In this document: in pieces, positions 49,432 through 58,638 of the stretch
Layout of the letters: each line of letters starts with the position of its first letter
How positions within the stretch are numbered: position 1 is the stretch's first letter
From: Vicinamibacterales bacterium
Lineage (GTDB): Bacteria; Acidobacteriota; Vicinamibacteria; Vicinamibacterales; UBA2999
Assembly: GCA_035647075.1 (NCBI GenBank)
Contig: DASROF010000027.1
Span: 466 to 64,465 of the forward strand
Reading direction: 5' to 3'
DNA: 64,000 nt
Translations under genes and position numbers: made by a program
Notes under the pieces: model-generated
Told to the model about the DNA's origin: nothing
Seen by the model: only the letters and a program-made list of their open reading frames with translations
The model's database searches: none

Positions 49432-50808
49432 ATGACCAGATTGATCCGCTATCTCGCCATTGCCACCTTGGGCCTGCTCGGACCTTGGGCCCTGGGCCTT
49501 GGCCCTCATCATCTGGCCGCCCAGCAGGACGTCCCGTTCAATGGCACCACGCCCCGCGCGCCGCAGGGCCTCAAGATTCCGCCGTTACCCGAGGCGCCGG
49601 TGCGCTTCGAAACGGGCGAGGGACAGAACATCAAGGTGTCGGTCTACGCCCGCGGGTTCCAGAACCCCTGGAGCATGGCGTGGGTGTCTGACGACACGAT
49701 GCTCGTCGCTGAACGCGGCGGCACGATCAAGATTGTGCGTAATGGAGTCGTTGATCCGCAGCCCGTGGCCGGCGCGCCGCGGGCCATCGGCGCCGGTCTG
49801 TCGGGCACTGATCTGGCGCTGCATCCCGACTTCGAACGCAATCACTACGTCTACATCAGCTACACCAAGCCGATAGACGCGGCGCCCGGAGCGCGGGCGG
49901 CAGGGCAGGGTGCTCGCGCCGCTGGCGCGGGAGCGGGCGCTGCTCCGCCTGCCGCTGGTGCGGCCGCAGGTCAGGGCGGCGCTGCCGGAGCAAATGCTCC
50001 TGCCGGTGGTGGTGGAGGACGAGGTGGTGGCGGCCGCGGCGCCGCCCAGCCGGCGACGCTGGCGGTCGCGCGTGCGGTCTGGAACGGCAAGGGATTTACT
50101 GACGTGAAGGACATCTTCGTCGGCGAAGGCAGCAGCGGCGGCCCGATCGTGTTCGGCGGCGACGGCATGCTCTACGTCGCGCACGGAGGCGGCGACACTC
50201 AGTCGCTGAAGACGCTCGGCGGCAAGATTCTGCGACTGACCGATGAGGGCAAGGTACCGCCGGACAACCCGTTCGTCGGCCGCGCCGACGCGAGACCCGA
50301 GATCTTCACGCAGGGTCATCGCACGTTCCTGCGCATGGCGAAACACCCGCTCACCGGTCAGATCTGGCAGATCGAGAATGGGCCGAACGGCGGCGATGAA
50401 GTGAACGTCCTCGTGCCCGGCGCCAACTACGGTTGGCCGCTCATCAGTCTCGGGCGCAGCTATCCCGGGCCGTGGCAGGGCCCGTTCACGAAGGAAGGAT
50501 TCCGCGACCCGGTCATCTACTGGATGCCCGCGATTGCTGTCTCGAGCATCACCTTCTATACCGGCGACAAGCTGCCCAAATGGAAGGGCGATGTGTTCGT
50601 CAGCGGCATGCGGTACGGTGAGATTCCTGGAACTGGCCGCCTCGATCGGATCCTGATCAACAAGAACTACGAGGAACTGCGGCGCGAGACGCTGCTCGGC
50701 GATCTGCACCGGCGGATTCGCGACGTGAAGCAGGGTCGTGATGGCCTGCTCTACGTGGCCACCGATGAAGCGGACGCCGCAATCCTGAAGATCGAGCCGG
50801 CGGACTGA
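49432..50808 (+). CDS. PQQ-dependent sugar dehydrogenase (GSDH)-like beta-propeller with divergent active site
   Basis: NPWSMA, LHPDF..N..VY.SY, GKILRL..EG.VPPDNPF, GP.GGDEVN, GANYGWP, RIRDVKQG.DG.LYV; Ala/Gly-rich insertion. Confidence 0.85.
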   Translation: MTRLIRYLAIATLGLLGPWALGLGPHHLAAQQDVPFNGTTPRAPQGLKIPPLPEAPVRFETGEGQNIKVSVYARGFQNPWSMAWVSDDTMLVAERGGTIKIVRNGVVDPQPVAGAPRAIGAGLSGTDLALHPDFERNHYVYISYTKPIDAAPGARAAGQGARAAGAGAGAAPPAAGAAAGQGGAAGANAPAGGGGGRGGGGRGAAQPATLAVARAVWNGKGFTDVKDIFVGEGSSGGPIVFGGDGMLYVAHGGGDTQSLKTLGGKILRLTDEGKVPPDNPFVGRADARPEIFTQGHRTFLRMAKHPLTGQIWQIENGPNGGDEVNVLVPGANYGWPLISLGRSYPGPWQGPFTKEGFRDPVIYWMPAIAVSSITFYTGDKLPKWKGDVFVSGMRYGEIPGTGRLDRILINKNYEELRRETLLGDLHRRIRDVKQGRDGLLYVATDEADAAILKIEPAD

Positions 50809-50866
50809 GCACCCGCGTCGGCGGATCGCCGCGGCGCCTCAATCGTTGTACCCGCACCCGGAGCGA

Positions 50867-52042
50867 ATGGTGACCAGGCGTGCGTGGATCGTCTCGGCCT
50901 GTGCCGTCGGAGCAGTGCTCTGGCTCGCGTTGTTTCTGCAGCGGCACGAGCGGCCGGACTTCTCGGACTTTCACGTCTACTGGGTCGCTGGAGAAAAGGC
51001 GGCGCGCCACCTGACGGCCTACGACGTCGAAGGTCACTACCAGTTCAAGTACTCCCCCTTCGTGGCGCTGCTCTGGGCCGTTCCCACCTACATTGGCAGC
51101 GAGCGTCTGTGGTCGGGCCTTCATTACGTGGTCACCGGTATCGGCTGGTACGCGCTGCTGTTCTGGCTGGCACGGCGGGTGGACGAAACCCGCGCATGGG
51201 CGCTGTGGGCCGCGGGTGTGGTGGTGTTCTCGGTCGCGATCCGTGACGAGTTGAAGCTCGGTCAGGTGAACCTGTGGCCATTCCTGCTCGTGCTGCCGGC
51301 GTGGGTGGCACGCCGCCCCACGCGCGCCGGGCGTGACGCCCGCGGCTTCTGGATCGGCGCGGCATGGGCACTCGCCGTGCAATGGAAGCTGTACGCGCTG
51401 CTGCTCGCGCCGCTCTGGCTACTGCGGCGTCGAGCTGCGGTGTTCGCCGGCGCGGTCGCCATCACTCTGCTGACGCTTGTCGCGGTGCCTGCGCTCGTTC
51501 ACGGTTGGACGTTTGCCGTTTCGGAGGACCTGCGCTGGCTCGCCAGCCTCACCGATTCGTCGCAAGCGCTGCTGGTCTCTCGATACAACGTTTCGCTGCT
51601 CGGTGTGCTCGGGAAAGCCGCGGACGCATTCGGCCTTTCGCTCGGGGTCTGGGCGTATCTGATCTGGGTCGCCGTTCTGATCACCGGGCTGTCGACGGTG
51701 GTGTGGGCCGAACGCCGCAACCCGGATCGGCTTCCGTTGTTCTGGTCGGCGTCGTTCTCCTGGGCGCTGGTCGCTGTCGTCAACCCGCTGGTCTGGCCCT
51801 ACTGGCAGTTGCTCGCCGCACCACTGTTCTTGATTTACCTCGCGCGCGGCACCGAGCGCGATTGGCGCGGCGACGATCCAGTCTTCTGGCCGGTCGTTGG
51901 TGCGTTCGCCGTGATGAACTGGGCCCAGAATTCTCCGCTCGTACATTACGGCGGCGGGCTCGTAGCGCTGCTCGCGTTGCTCGGCGACGCGCGTCGTCGC
52001 GCATCGCGACCGGCGACGGCTACTCCGCTCGAGGCTGGCTGA
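50867..52042 (+). CDS. GT87 / DUF2029 family GT-C membrane glycosyltransferase
   Basis: DFHVYWVAG, FKYSPFVALL, LKLGQVN, WKLY, multi-TM. Confidence 0.82.
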   Translation: MVTRRAWIVSACAVGAVLWLALFLQRHERPDFSDFHVYWVAGEKAARHLTAYDVEGHYQFKYSPFVALLWAVPTYIGSERLWSGLHYVVTGIGWYALLFWLARRVDETRAWALWAAGVVVFSVAIRDELKLGQVNLWPFLLVLPAWVARRPTRAGRDARGFWIGAAWALAVQWKLYALLLAPLWLLRRRAAVFAGAVAITLLTLVAVPALVHGWTFAVSEDLRWLASLTDSSQALLVSRYNVSLLGVLGKAADAFGLSLGVWAYLIWVAVLITGLSTVVWAERRNPDRLPLFWSASFSWALVAVVNPLVWPYWQLLAAPLFLIYLARGTERDWRGDDPVFWPVVGAFAVMNWAQNSPLVHYGGGLVALLALLGDARRRASRPATATPLEAG

Positions 52043-53864
52043 AAAACCGGTCCGCGAGCCGCGACTGACAGAGCATCGCGCTCTTCTTCTGCTGGTGCGC
52101 CTGCATGCGGGCGAGGATCGTGGCGAGCGCATGAACCGCGTCGAGAATATGCGCGCCCTTGTTGAGCATCACGCACTCGGCCCGTTCTCCCATTGCCGCA
52201 TCCGTGATCTCAGCGCGCGAGGGGATGCCGCGCTTCGCCAGCGACTCGAGCACCTGAGTTGCCCAGATGACCGGCACATGCGACGCCTCCGCCATCCAGA
52301 GGATCTCTTCCTGTACCTCTGCGAGCCGTTCGAACCCGCACTCGACAGCGAGGTCGCCCCTCGCGATCATCACACCGGCGGCGGTGCTGTGCATGACGGC
52401 CATCAACAGGGACGGCAACTGCTCGAATGCGCGGCGGGTCTCGATCTTGAGGATCAACGGAAGCTCGGGCCGGCCGAGTGTGCCCAGTTGCTCCTGCAGC
52501 ATGCGCACCTCTTCAGCGGTGCGCACAAACGAATAGCCGACGATGTCGGCTCGTGCCGCGATGAAGCGGAGATCGTCCTGATCCTTGGACGACATCGGCG
52601 GTATCCGCAGCGTGCTGTCCGGCAGGTTGATGCCCTTATCAGCGCCAAGCGTCAGCCCGGCGCTGTTCGCATGCGTGATCGCCACTTCCACATCGGCGGA
52701 GCCGACGTGCCGAATCACTCCGCCGATCCTGCCGTCGTCGAACCATACTGCCTCGCCGGGTTTGACGTCGTCGAGAATCTCCGGCAGCGTCACGCCGATT
52801 CGCGCCGGCGCCAGGACGTTGCCCTGCTGATCGCGCGCAGCAGGGCGGCCGTGCGCCGGGTCCTTCGTCAGGATCAGCGTATCGCCGGCCGACAGCTGGA
52901 TGACCTGCTCTGTAGCCGGCAGATCCTCCACGTGCGTCCGACGCTGATGACCGGCGCACCGCCGCTCGCGGACGAGCGTGGTCCCAGGTACGACGTAGGC
53001 GGTCTGATCTGCTTCCGCCCATGCGCCGCCGGCGTCGAGCGCCGTCACCGTCAACTCACGTTTCGCATCGCGCGCATCAAACAGTGTGATGCGATCCCCG
53101 ACGGTCAGCTGCGCCACCCATGAGCCGCGAACCGGGAGCGTCGCAGCCGCGGGCTCGGTCGGCGCTCGCGGGTGTTCTGCCGGTGTCAGCCAGATCCGCG
53201 CGGGCGCGGTAACCTGGCCGAAGGCGTCCCGGTCGGGCCGCCAGCGTACGACGCGGGGTCCGCTCTCAATGCCGCCCGTGCGCAACTTCGGGCCGGCGAG
53301 GTCCATGACTGTGCGGCACGGTCGGCGGATGTCATCGGACGCGCGGCGGAGGTGGCGAAGCGTGCGTTCCCACACGTCAGGATCGTCGTGGGCGCAATTG
53401 ATCCGCATGCAGTCCATGCCCGACGTCAGCAGATTGCGGACCAGCGTGTAGTCGTGAGCGGCCTCGGTCGGCATGGTCACCATGATGCGGACCGTACGGC
53501 CCGGCGGCGCCGGTCCGAACAACGCGTCGGTGTGTGCATCCAGCAGCGCGCGCCCGACGTTCGGCGGGGGAAGGGCCGCGGGCAGCGCGGCCTCAAGGCG
53601 TCGCAGGATCCCAATCACGGCCTCGACGTTTTCGAGCGCCCTCGCCTCCGCCCCCTCAAGCGACGAGAGGCCGAGCGAGTCGAGCTGGCGCTGCAGCCCC
53701 CGCAGGTCGTGCCGTCGCAGCGCAAGGTAGTGCAGCAGGTTGCGTGCGCTGGCGTGTGTCTGTGCCGGCAGGTCCATCAACCCGCCCTCGGCCTCCGCGC
53801 CGAGCATCTCGGTGCGGAGGTCGATCAGCGTGCGACTCATGTCATCAAGCGTTTGTAGGGCCAC
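52020..53864 (-). CDS. pyk: Pyruvate kinase, atypical long form (N-terminal extension, no C-terminal allosteric domain)
   Basis: RIMVTMP, RINCAHD, DLAGPKLRTG, DDG, KGINLP, SFVR, LKIET, IARGDLAVE, ATQVLES, PSRAEITD. Confidence 0.88.
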   Translation of the reverse strand: MALQTLDDMSRTLIDLRTEMLGAEAEGGLMDLPAQTHASARNLLHYLALRRHDLRGLQRQLDSLGLSSLEGAEARALENVEAVIGILRRLEAALPAALPPPNVGRALLDAHTDALFGPAPPGRTVRIMVTMPTEAAHDYTLVRNLLTSGMDCMRINCAHDDPDVWERTLRHLRRASDDIRRPCRTVMDLAGPKLRTGGIESGPRVVRWRPDRDAFGQVTAPARIWLTPAEHPRAPTEPAAATLPVRGSWVAQLTVGDRITLFDARDAKRELTVTALDAGGAWAEADQTAYVVPGTTLVRERRCAGHQRRTHVEDLPATEQVIQLSAGDTLILTKDPAHGRPAARDQQGNVLAPARIGVTLPEILDDVKPGEAVWFDDGRIGGVIRHVGSADVEVAITHANSAGLTLGADKGINLPDSTLRIPPMSSKDQDDLRFIAARADIVGYSFVRTAEEVRMLQEQLGTLGRPELPLILKIETRRAFEQLPSLLMAVMHSTAAGVMIARGDLAVECGFERLAEVQEEILWMAEASHVPVIWATQVLESLAKRGIPSRAEITDAAMGERAECVMLNKGAHILDAVHALATILARMQAHQQKKSAMLCQSRLADRFFSQPRAE

Positions 53865-53868
53865 GGCA

Positions 53869-54462
53869 TCAGTCCTCGTCAGCCTCCAGCGCGTCGTCGA
53901 GAATGTCGAGGACGAGATCGGCGCGAATGTCTATCAGCACGAGGTCGTCGTCAACGATTCGATACTGCACATCCTCCGGCAACGGTGGAAGCTCGAGCAG
54001 CAGCGCCGGCCACATCCATGCACCGAGTCGCCAGTCGTACGTCTCGTTGACTTCTGGCGGCCGTGCGCCGGGCAGGCGGTCGGCGCGGAGTGCACCTTTT
54101 ACGTGCTTCAGATTGAGTCCATTCGCCGCCGCAGTCGCGGCGACAATGTGCCGGATTGCCGCAGCCGCGCCATCGGTGAAGATGTCGCCCTGCCGCGCAA
54201 GCGGCCTGCGCTCGCGGATAGCGTCCCGCAGTGTCTTGCGCACGATCTGGATGTCCCTGGGATCACTGAAGATCCGCTCGGAGGGCATTCCAATCGCCTC
54301 CCGCATCAGGCAGTACTCGCGGACGTGCGCGTTGAACTCCGCAATTGCTGCCGCGTCGGCCGGAGAGAGTGTCGTGTGGCCGGTGACGGGAGAAGGCAGG
54401 TCGCATTTCTCGACTGACATGCCGCCCGCCAGCGAAAGCGTGAGGACGAGGTAGCCCAACAT
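53869..54462 (-). CDS. Secreted hypothetical protein with RcnB-like C-terminal motif
   Basis: Signal peptide; LPPLPEDVQYRIVDDDLVLIDIRADLVLDIL. Confidence 0.7.
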   Translation of the reverse strand: MLGYLVLTLSLAGGMSVEKCDLPSPVTGHTTLSPADAAAIAEFNAHVREYCLMREAIGMPSERIFSDPRDIQIVRKTLRDAIRERRPLARQGDIFTDGAAAAIRHIVAATAAANGLNLKHVKGALRADRLPGARPPEVNETYDWRLGAWMWPALLLELPPLPEDVQYRIVDDDLVLIDIRADLVLDILDDALEADED

Positions 54463-54485
54463 CGCGACCTCCTAGTTCCGGTCGT

Positions 54486-55151
54486 TCACGGCTTCACCAG
54501 CTTCTGCTTCTTGATATCCCACTCCACGGAGGTGCCCCGCCGGCCGGCGATCCCGCGAATCAGCTTGGTGAGACGACGGATCTGCTCGTGGAAGGGCACC
54601 GTGACTTCATAGTGCAGCTCGTGCTGCGACGAGCCGAGCAGCACGTAGGTCACGCCCTGGCGTCCGAGCGCGTGTTCGATCACCGGCTTCAACCGGTCGG
54701 CGTCCTTGCCGCCGATGGTGAGCTCAAACCGTGAGCGCGCGGGTGGTTCGATCGACTCGAGCACCCAGAGGACGGCGATCACGAACGCACACGAACCGAT
54801 CGCGAGTCCGTACATGCCCGCGCCGACGGTCAGACCCATTGCGAGAGCGACGAGCATGACACCGGCATCCTTGGGATCGCGGATCCGCGCCCGATAGCGG
54901 ATGAGACCGGCCGCGCCGACGATGGCAAAGGCGCGCGCCAGGTTCTCGCCGACCACGATGATGATCAGCGCACCGACGATCGAAAGAAGTATCTGTGCCT
55001 GAACGACGTGTGCCGAGCGCGGGACGATCGCGCGCCGCACGGGCCGCACGACCCCGAGCGCAGCGCCAAGGACAGCCGCAGTCGCCAGGACGAGCAGCTC
55101 GCGTGCGGCGGCGGCGATAACGACAGGTTCGATCAACGGGACCACAGGCAT
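54486..55151 (-). CDS. DUF4956 (MgtC/SapB-like) membrane protein
   Basis: AFAIVGAAGLIRYRARIRDPKD, LAMGLTVGAG, C-terminal ACT-like region; GGAGG SD. Confidence 0.8.
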   Translation of the reverse strand: MPVVPLIEPVVIAAAARELLVLATAAVLGAALGVVRPVRRAIVPRSAHVVQAQILLSIVGALIIIVVGENLARAFAIVGAAGLIRYRARIRDPKDAGVMLVALAMGLTVGAGMYGLAIGSCAFVIAVLWVLESIEPPARSRFELTIGGKDADRLKPVIEHALGRQGVTYVLLGSSQHELHYEVTVPFHEQIRRLTKLIRGIAGRRGTSVEWDIKKQKLVKP

Positions 55152-55173
55152 TGCGCCTCCGGGTGTCGATCAG

Positions 55174-55190
55174 CGCACCACTCATGCCAC
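55174..55190 (-). promoter_or_regulatory. Candidate sigma-54 promoter for the DUF4956-RcnB-like-pyk genes
   Basis: Minus strand TGGCATGAGTGGTGC (GG-N10-GC) predicts a TSS near 55163, just before GGAGG and ATG 55151. Confidence 0.4.
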
Positions 55191-55369
55191 ACGCGGGCAT
55201 TCTGAAAGTGGTGTGAACCGGCGTTGTTTGCCGTCGGGCTCCGCGCATCATGACGACATGCGGTGACGGCCGTCACCGGTCCGCGGACGTCGGCCGGTAA
55301 CGGCGTCGTCTTTCAGCGCTTCACGCTGCGGGGCAGCGTGTTTGCACCAACGCCACGTACGGAGCCCTT

Positions 55370-55579
55370 ATGGATCGGATGTTGAACATCGGTATCGTGG
55401 GCGCGGCGGTTGTGGTGCTCGTGCTCGTCGTCTTCTATGGTCCCTTGGTGGCGGCATTCATCGTTGCGGGAGCCGCGTTCGCGTTCATGGTCATCATGAT
55501 GATGGCCGCCGGTATTCACGCATTCGATCGGTGGCGGCAAGGTCATGGCTGGACGGTGCGCCACACGAAGACGCACTGA
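55370..55579 (+). CDS. Small two-TM membrane protein (69 aa)
   Basis: GGAG SD, hydrophobic hairpin and basic/His tail; fills an otherwise empty gap. Confidence 0.65.
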   Translation: MDRMLNIGIVGAAVVVLVLVVFYGPLVAAFIVAGAAFAFMVIMMMAAGIHAFDRWRQGHGWTVRHTKTH

Positions 55580-55582
55580 CGG

Positions 55583-56638
55583 TTATTGCCACGCGATCGT
55601 GCTGCGCGCATGCCAGTAGCGCTCGGGCGGCTGTGCCCGCACCGATGGCTCGTCATCGGCGAGGACGTCGAAGGCGGCGATCTGATCGCGTAACTGCTCG
55701 GGGGTGACGGCGCCGGAGAGAACGACCGTCGCCCACGGCTGGCGAAGCGCCGCGGCGATCGCCAGGGTCTCGACCGTCACGCCGCGGGTGCGCGCGTGCG
55801 CGGCGAGCCGTTGAATCTGTTTCCCTCCGAACTGGCTCGTGAGGCGTCCATTGGCGAGCACTTCCTTGACAATGACGGCGCAGCCGCTGGCACTGGCATC
55901 CGCCAGCGCCGGGCCTGCGGACGGCTCGAGGAGGTTCCACGTCGCCTGTACCGTGTCGAACAATGGCACGCCGTCAACCGTGATCTCGAGCGAGCGGCGG
56001 ATCGCGTCCGCCTGGTTCGCGCCCGTGACCGTGATGCCGATGACGACGCCAGTCGTACGCAGCCGGGAGAGCTCACGCAGCACGTCGCGGTCGTTGAGTA
56101 CGCCGCTGCCGATGGTCGCCGAATGAATCTGATAGATCGCGAGCCACGAGCCGAGGATCGCGGCGCTCTCGGCGGCCTGCCACTGCAGGGTGTCGATCGT
56201 GAGGCGCTTGACTTCGTGACGCGGCGCGTCAGTTTGCCATGCCCCGGTATAGATGTAGCCCCACTTGGACGCGACGGTGAGGCAGCTCGTGGGCAGGCCG
56301 CGCTCGTCGCACCACGCGCGAAGAAACGGTTCGGCAAGGCCGTACGATCGGGCCGTGTCGACGTAGCGAATGCCCGCGTCGTAGGCGGCGTCGAGCAGTG
56401 ATCGACACCGTTGCCGCATCGCCGTCACGGATCGATCGGGGCCGAACTGCTCGTCACGACCGAGCGCCATGTACATCGGGCGTCCGAGTCCGGCGAGCCC
56501 CAGTCCGAGCGCGCTGGCGACGCGTCGCGTCCGACCGAGCAGGCGGACCGGGACTCGCGGCAGGTCGGAAGTGGGGATCGCTCGTGGCGGCACACCGTCG
56601 GACAGCGGTTGTGGTGACGGCCGTTGGAACTCCAGCAT
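55583..56638 (-). CDS. Aldo/keto reductase
   Basis: LGRT...LGLGLAGLGRP, YVDTARSYG, ASKWG, YQIHS, VQATWNLLE, VIVKEVLANGRL. Start ATG 56638 uncertain. Confidence 0.9.
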   Translation of the reverse strand: MLEFQRPSPQPLSDGVPPRAIPTSDLPRVPVRLLGRTRRVASALGLGLAGLGRPMYMALGRDEQFGPDRSVTAMRQRCRSLLDAAYDAGIRYVDTARSYGLAEPFLRAWCDERGLPTSCLTVASKWGYIYTGAWQTDAPRHEVKRLTIDTLQWQAAESAAILGSWLAIYQIHSATIGSGVLNDRDVLRELSRLRTTGVVIGITVTGANQADAIRRSLEITVDGVPLFDTVQATWNLLEPSAGPALADASASGCAVIVKEVLANGRLTSQFGGKQIQRLAAHARTRGVTVETLAIAAALRQPWATVVLSGAVTPEQLRDQIAAFDVLADDEPSVRAQPPERYWHARSTIAWQ

Positions 56639-56649
56639 GGGCCGGGTTA

Positions 56650-56666
56650 TGGCAACGGGTGTGCCG
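56650..56666 (-). promoter_or_regulatory. Candidate sigma-54 promoter for the AKR gene
   Basis: Minus strand CGGCAC-ACCCG-TTGCCA matches GGCAC-N5-TTGC; predicted +1 is about 1 nt before ATG 56638. Confidence 0.5.
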
Positions 56667-56766
56667 CTCACGAATGTGGTGAAAACAGGCGTGCGCGCCT
56701 GTTGCGGTTGGCTGCGCACACGAGAGGCCGTGCGGCCATCACCGTATCCTGTCGCGGAGTGGAGGG

Positions 56767-57870
56767 CTAGGAGGCGGGAAGGGAGGACCTGGTGGGCACG
56801 ATCGCTTCGACCACCGTGCCGCACGCCGGCTCGCTGATGATGCGGAGACGACCGCCGCTCAGCTCGACACGCTCGCGCATGGTCATCAGGCCGAGACCCA
56901 TGCTGCGCACCGTGGAAGGGTCGAATCCGGTGCCGTCGTCCGACACCCAGAGCGTGACGGAGGAGGCATCGAGCCGGAGGCGCACGTCGATCCGGCGGCC
57001 ACCGCTGTGTTTGACCGCGTTCTGCAGCGCTTCCTGCATCACGCGGAATACACACAACGCGGTGTCTTCGGATACTTCCACCGGCGCTGCGTCTTCAGTG
57101 AACTGCACCGTGATACCGCTGCTGGCCGCAATCTCATCGCACAACGGCTTGAGCGTGAGTCCGAGCCCTCGCATCGTCAGCTTCGGTGGGTGCAGCTCGC
57201 AGGACAAGAGGTGAATGCCCCTGGTCAGGTCGTGCAGCATGTCGCGCGCCTCGGTGAGCGTGCGGCGGGCGAGCGCCGCCGAGAACGGTCGCGTCTTGGT
57301 GGCGGAGGCGAGCTTGACGGTCAACAGCGCGATCCGCTGTGCGATGTCGTCGTGCAGATCACGCGCAATGCGGGCACGTTCCGACTCCTGCGCAGCGACC
57401 AGCCGCGTGCCGAGTTCCCGCAATCGACGCTGCGCATCCTCGGCCGCAGTCGTATCGTGGGCGGCCCCGACGAACATCTCCACTTCGCCGTCCTGCGAGC
57501 AGTACGGGTGGCCGACGAACGACCAGGATCGAAAGCTATCGTCCACCCGCAGACGCACGTTGACTTCGACGCCTCGTCGGAAGGCTGCGGCCGAGTGGAA
57601 GGCCGTCACCGCTCGGTGCCGATCCTCTTCGTGCAGCACCTGCAGCCAGTCGATGCTGCTCGGCGACACCGGATTCGAAGCCGCCGAGGTCACCGCGTGC
57701 CAGGCGCGATTGCCAAACCAGAGGTCGGCTTGTGGCCCGATGATCCAGAGCGGAACCGGCAGCACGTCAAGCAGGTCCAGCCAGGGCAGGGCATCCGTCA
57801 CCAGGGCCGTCGGCGACGGCTGCGGCGCCGGAGTCGCATTGGACGTCTGGACCTTTTTTGTTGCGGGCAT
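56767..57870 (-). CDS. Cytoplasmic PAS/PAC sensor histidine kinase (HisKA_3, NarX/UhpB type)
   Basis: PAS (WLQVLHEEDR), RIARDLHDDIAQ, EALQNAVKHS, DDGTGF, GLGLMTMRERV; no TM. Confidence 0.93.
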   Translation of the reverse strand: MPATKKVQTSNATPAPQPSPTALVTDALPWLDLLDVLPVPLWIIGPQADLWFGNRAWHAVTSAASNPVSPSSIDWLQVLHEEDRHRAVTAFHSAAAFRRGVEVNVRLRVDDSFRSWSFVGHPYCSQDGEVEMFVGAAHDTTAAEDAQRRLRELGTRLVAAQESERARIARDLHDDIAQRIALLTVKLASATKTRPFSAALARRTLTEARDMLHDLTRGIHLLSCELHPPKLTMRGLGLTLKPLCDEIAASSGITVQFTEDAAPVEVSEDTALCVFRVMQEALQNAVKHSGGRRIDVRLRLDASSVTLWVSDDGTGFDPSTVRSMGLGLMTMRERVELSGGRLRIISEPACGTVVEAIVPTRSSLPAS

Positions 57871-57945
57871 GCCGTCAATAGACAGTTAGCACATCAGATG
57901 GGTCGGTAGAGCGAGCGGACCCGCATTCTGCACGCAATCTCCCCG

Positions 57946-58638
57946 TCAGAATTTGAAGCCGAACTCGACGGGGAAATAGCGTCCGTTCGCGCGCTGCTCG
58001 TCGCCGTTCAGATCCGTAAACGTCGGCCCCCACACAAAGTGCCAGCGGGCCTCGATGAAAAACGCCGCGGCGCGGCCGAGCCGGATCGCGACGCCACCGC
58101 CGGCGTTCACTCCTGGGTCCCATGAAGAGCGATCGCCGATCACACGGTTGACTTCGACCGGCTCCGGATAACAGATGTACCAGAACGGATCGCAGTAGGT
58201 CGTGAACCCCACGTCCGGAGTGGTGAGGTTGACCGAGCGGTGGTAGATGCCGCCGCCTGCGACTCCGTATGGATTGAAACGGTGTCGGCCCTCACCGTGC
58301 AGCATGCCGTTGGCGGTGACGTAGTGCACCCGGTGATTCGACTGGATCAACGCGGTGCCCGTGGGAGTGACCAGCGGGTTGATCATCAGCGGAATGCGCC
58401 GCTCAGGGCCGTTCATCTTGCTGAACCCGTACTCCACCTGCAGGCCGAAGGGCGAGGTCTTCTCGAACGTCAGTCCAATCGTGAACGCACCGCCGGTGTC
58501 GAATCGATCGGCCACCGGGCCGTTCGGCGTCGTCATGCCACCGCCGATGATGAAGTGAACCGGCTTGTCGCTCTGGGCATGCGCCGGCGCGGCGGCGATC
58601 GCGATCGCGACACACGCGCCGAACAGGACTGATTTCAT
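57946..58638 (-). CDS. Small outer-membrane beta-barrel protein (OmpW/OMP_b-brl-like)
   Basis: Signal peptide, amphipathic strands, FNPYGVAGGGIY, FFIEARWH, C-terminal GFKF; Cys loop YCDPFWYICYP. Confidence 0.8.
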   Translation of the reverse strand: MKSVLFGACVAIAIAAAPAHAQSDKPVHFIIGGGMTTPNGPVADRFDTGGAFTIGLTFEKTSPFGLQVEYGFSKMNGPERRIPLMINPLVTPTGTALIQSNHRVHYVTANGMLHGEGRHRFNPYGVAGGGIYHRSVNLTTPDVGFTTYCDPFWYICYPEPVEVNRVIGDRSSWDPGVNAGGGVAIRLGRAAAFFIEARWHFVWGPTFTDLNGDEQRANGRYFPVEFGFKF

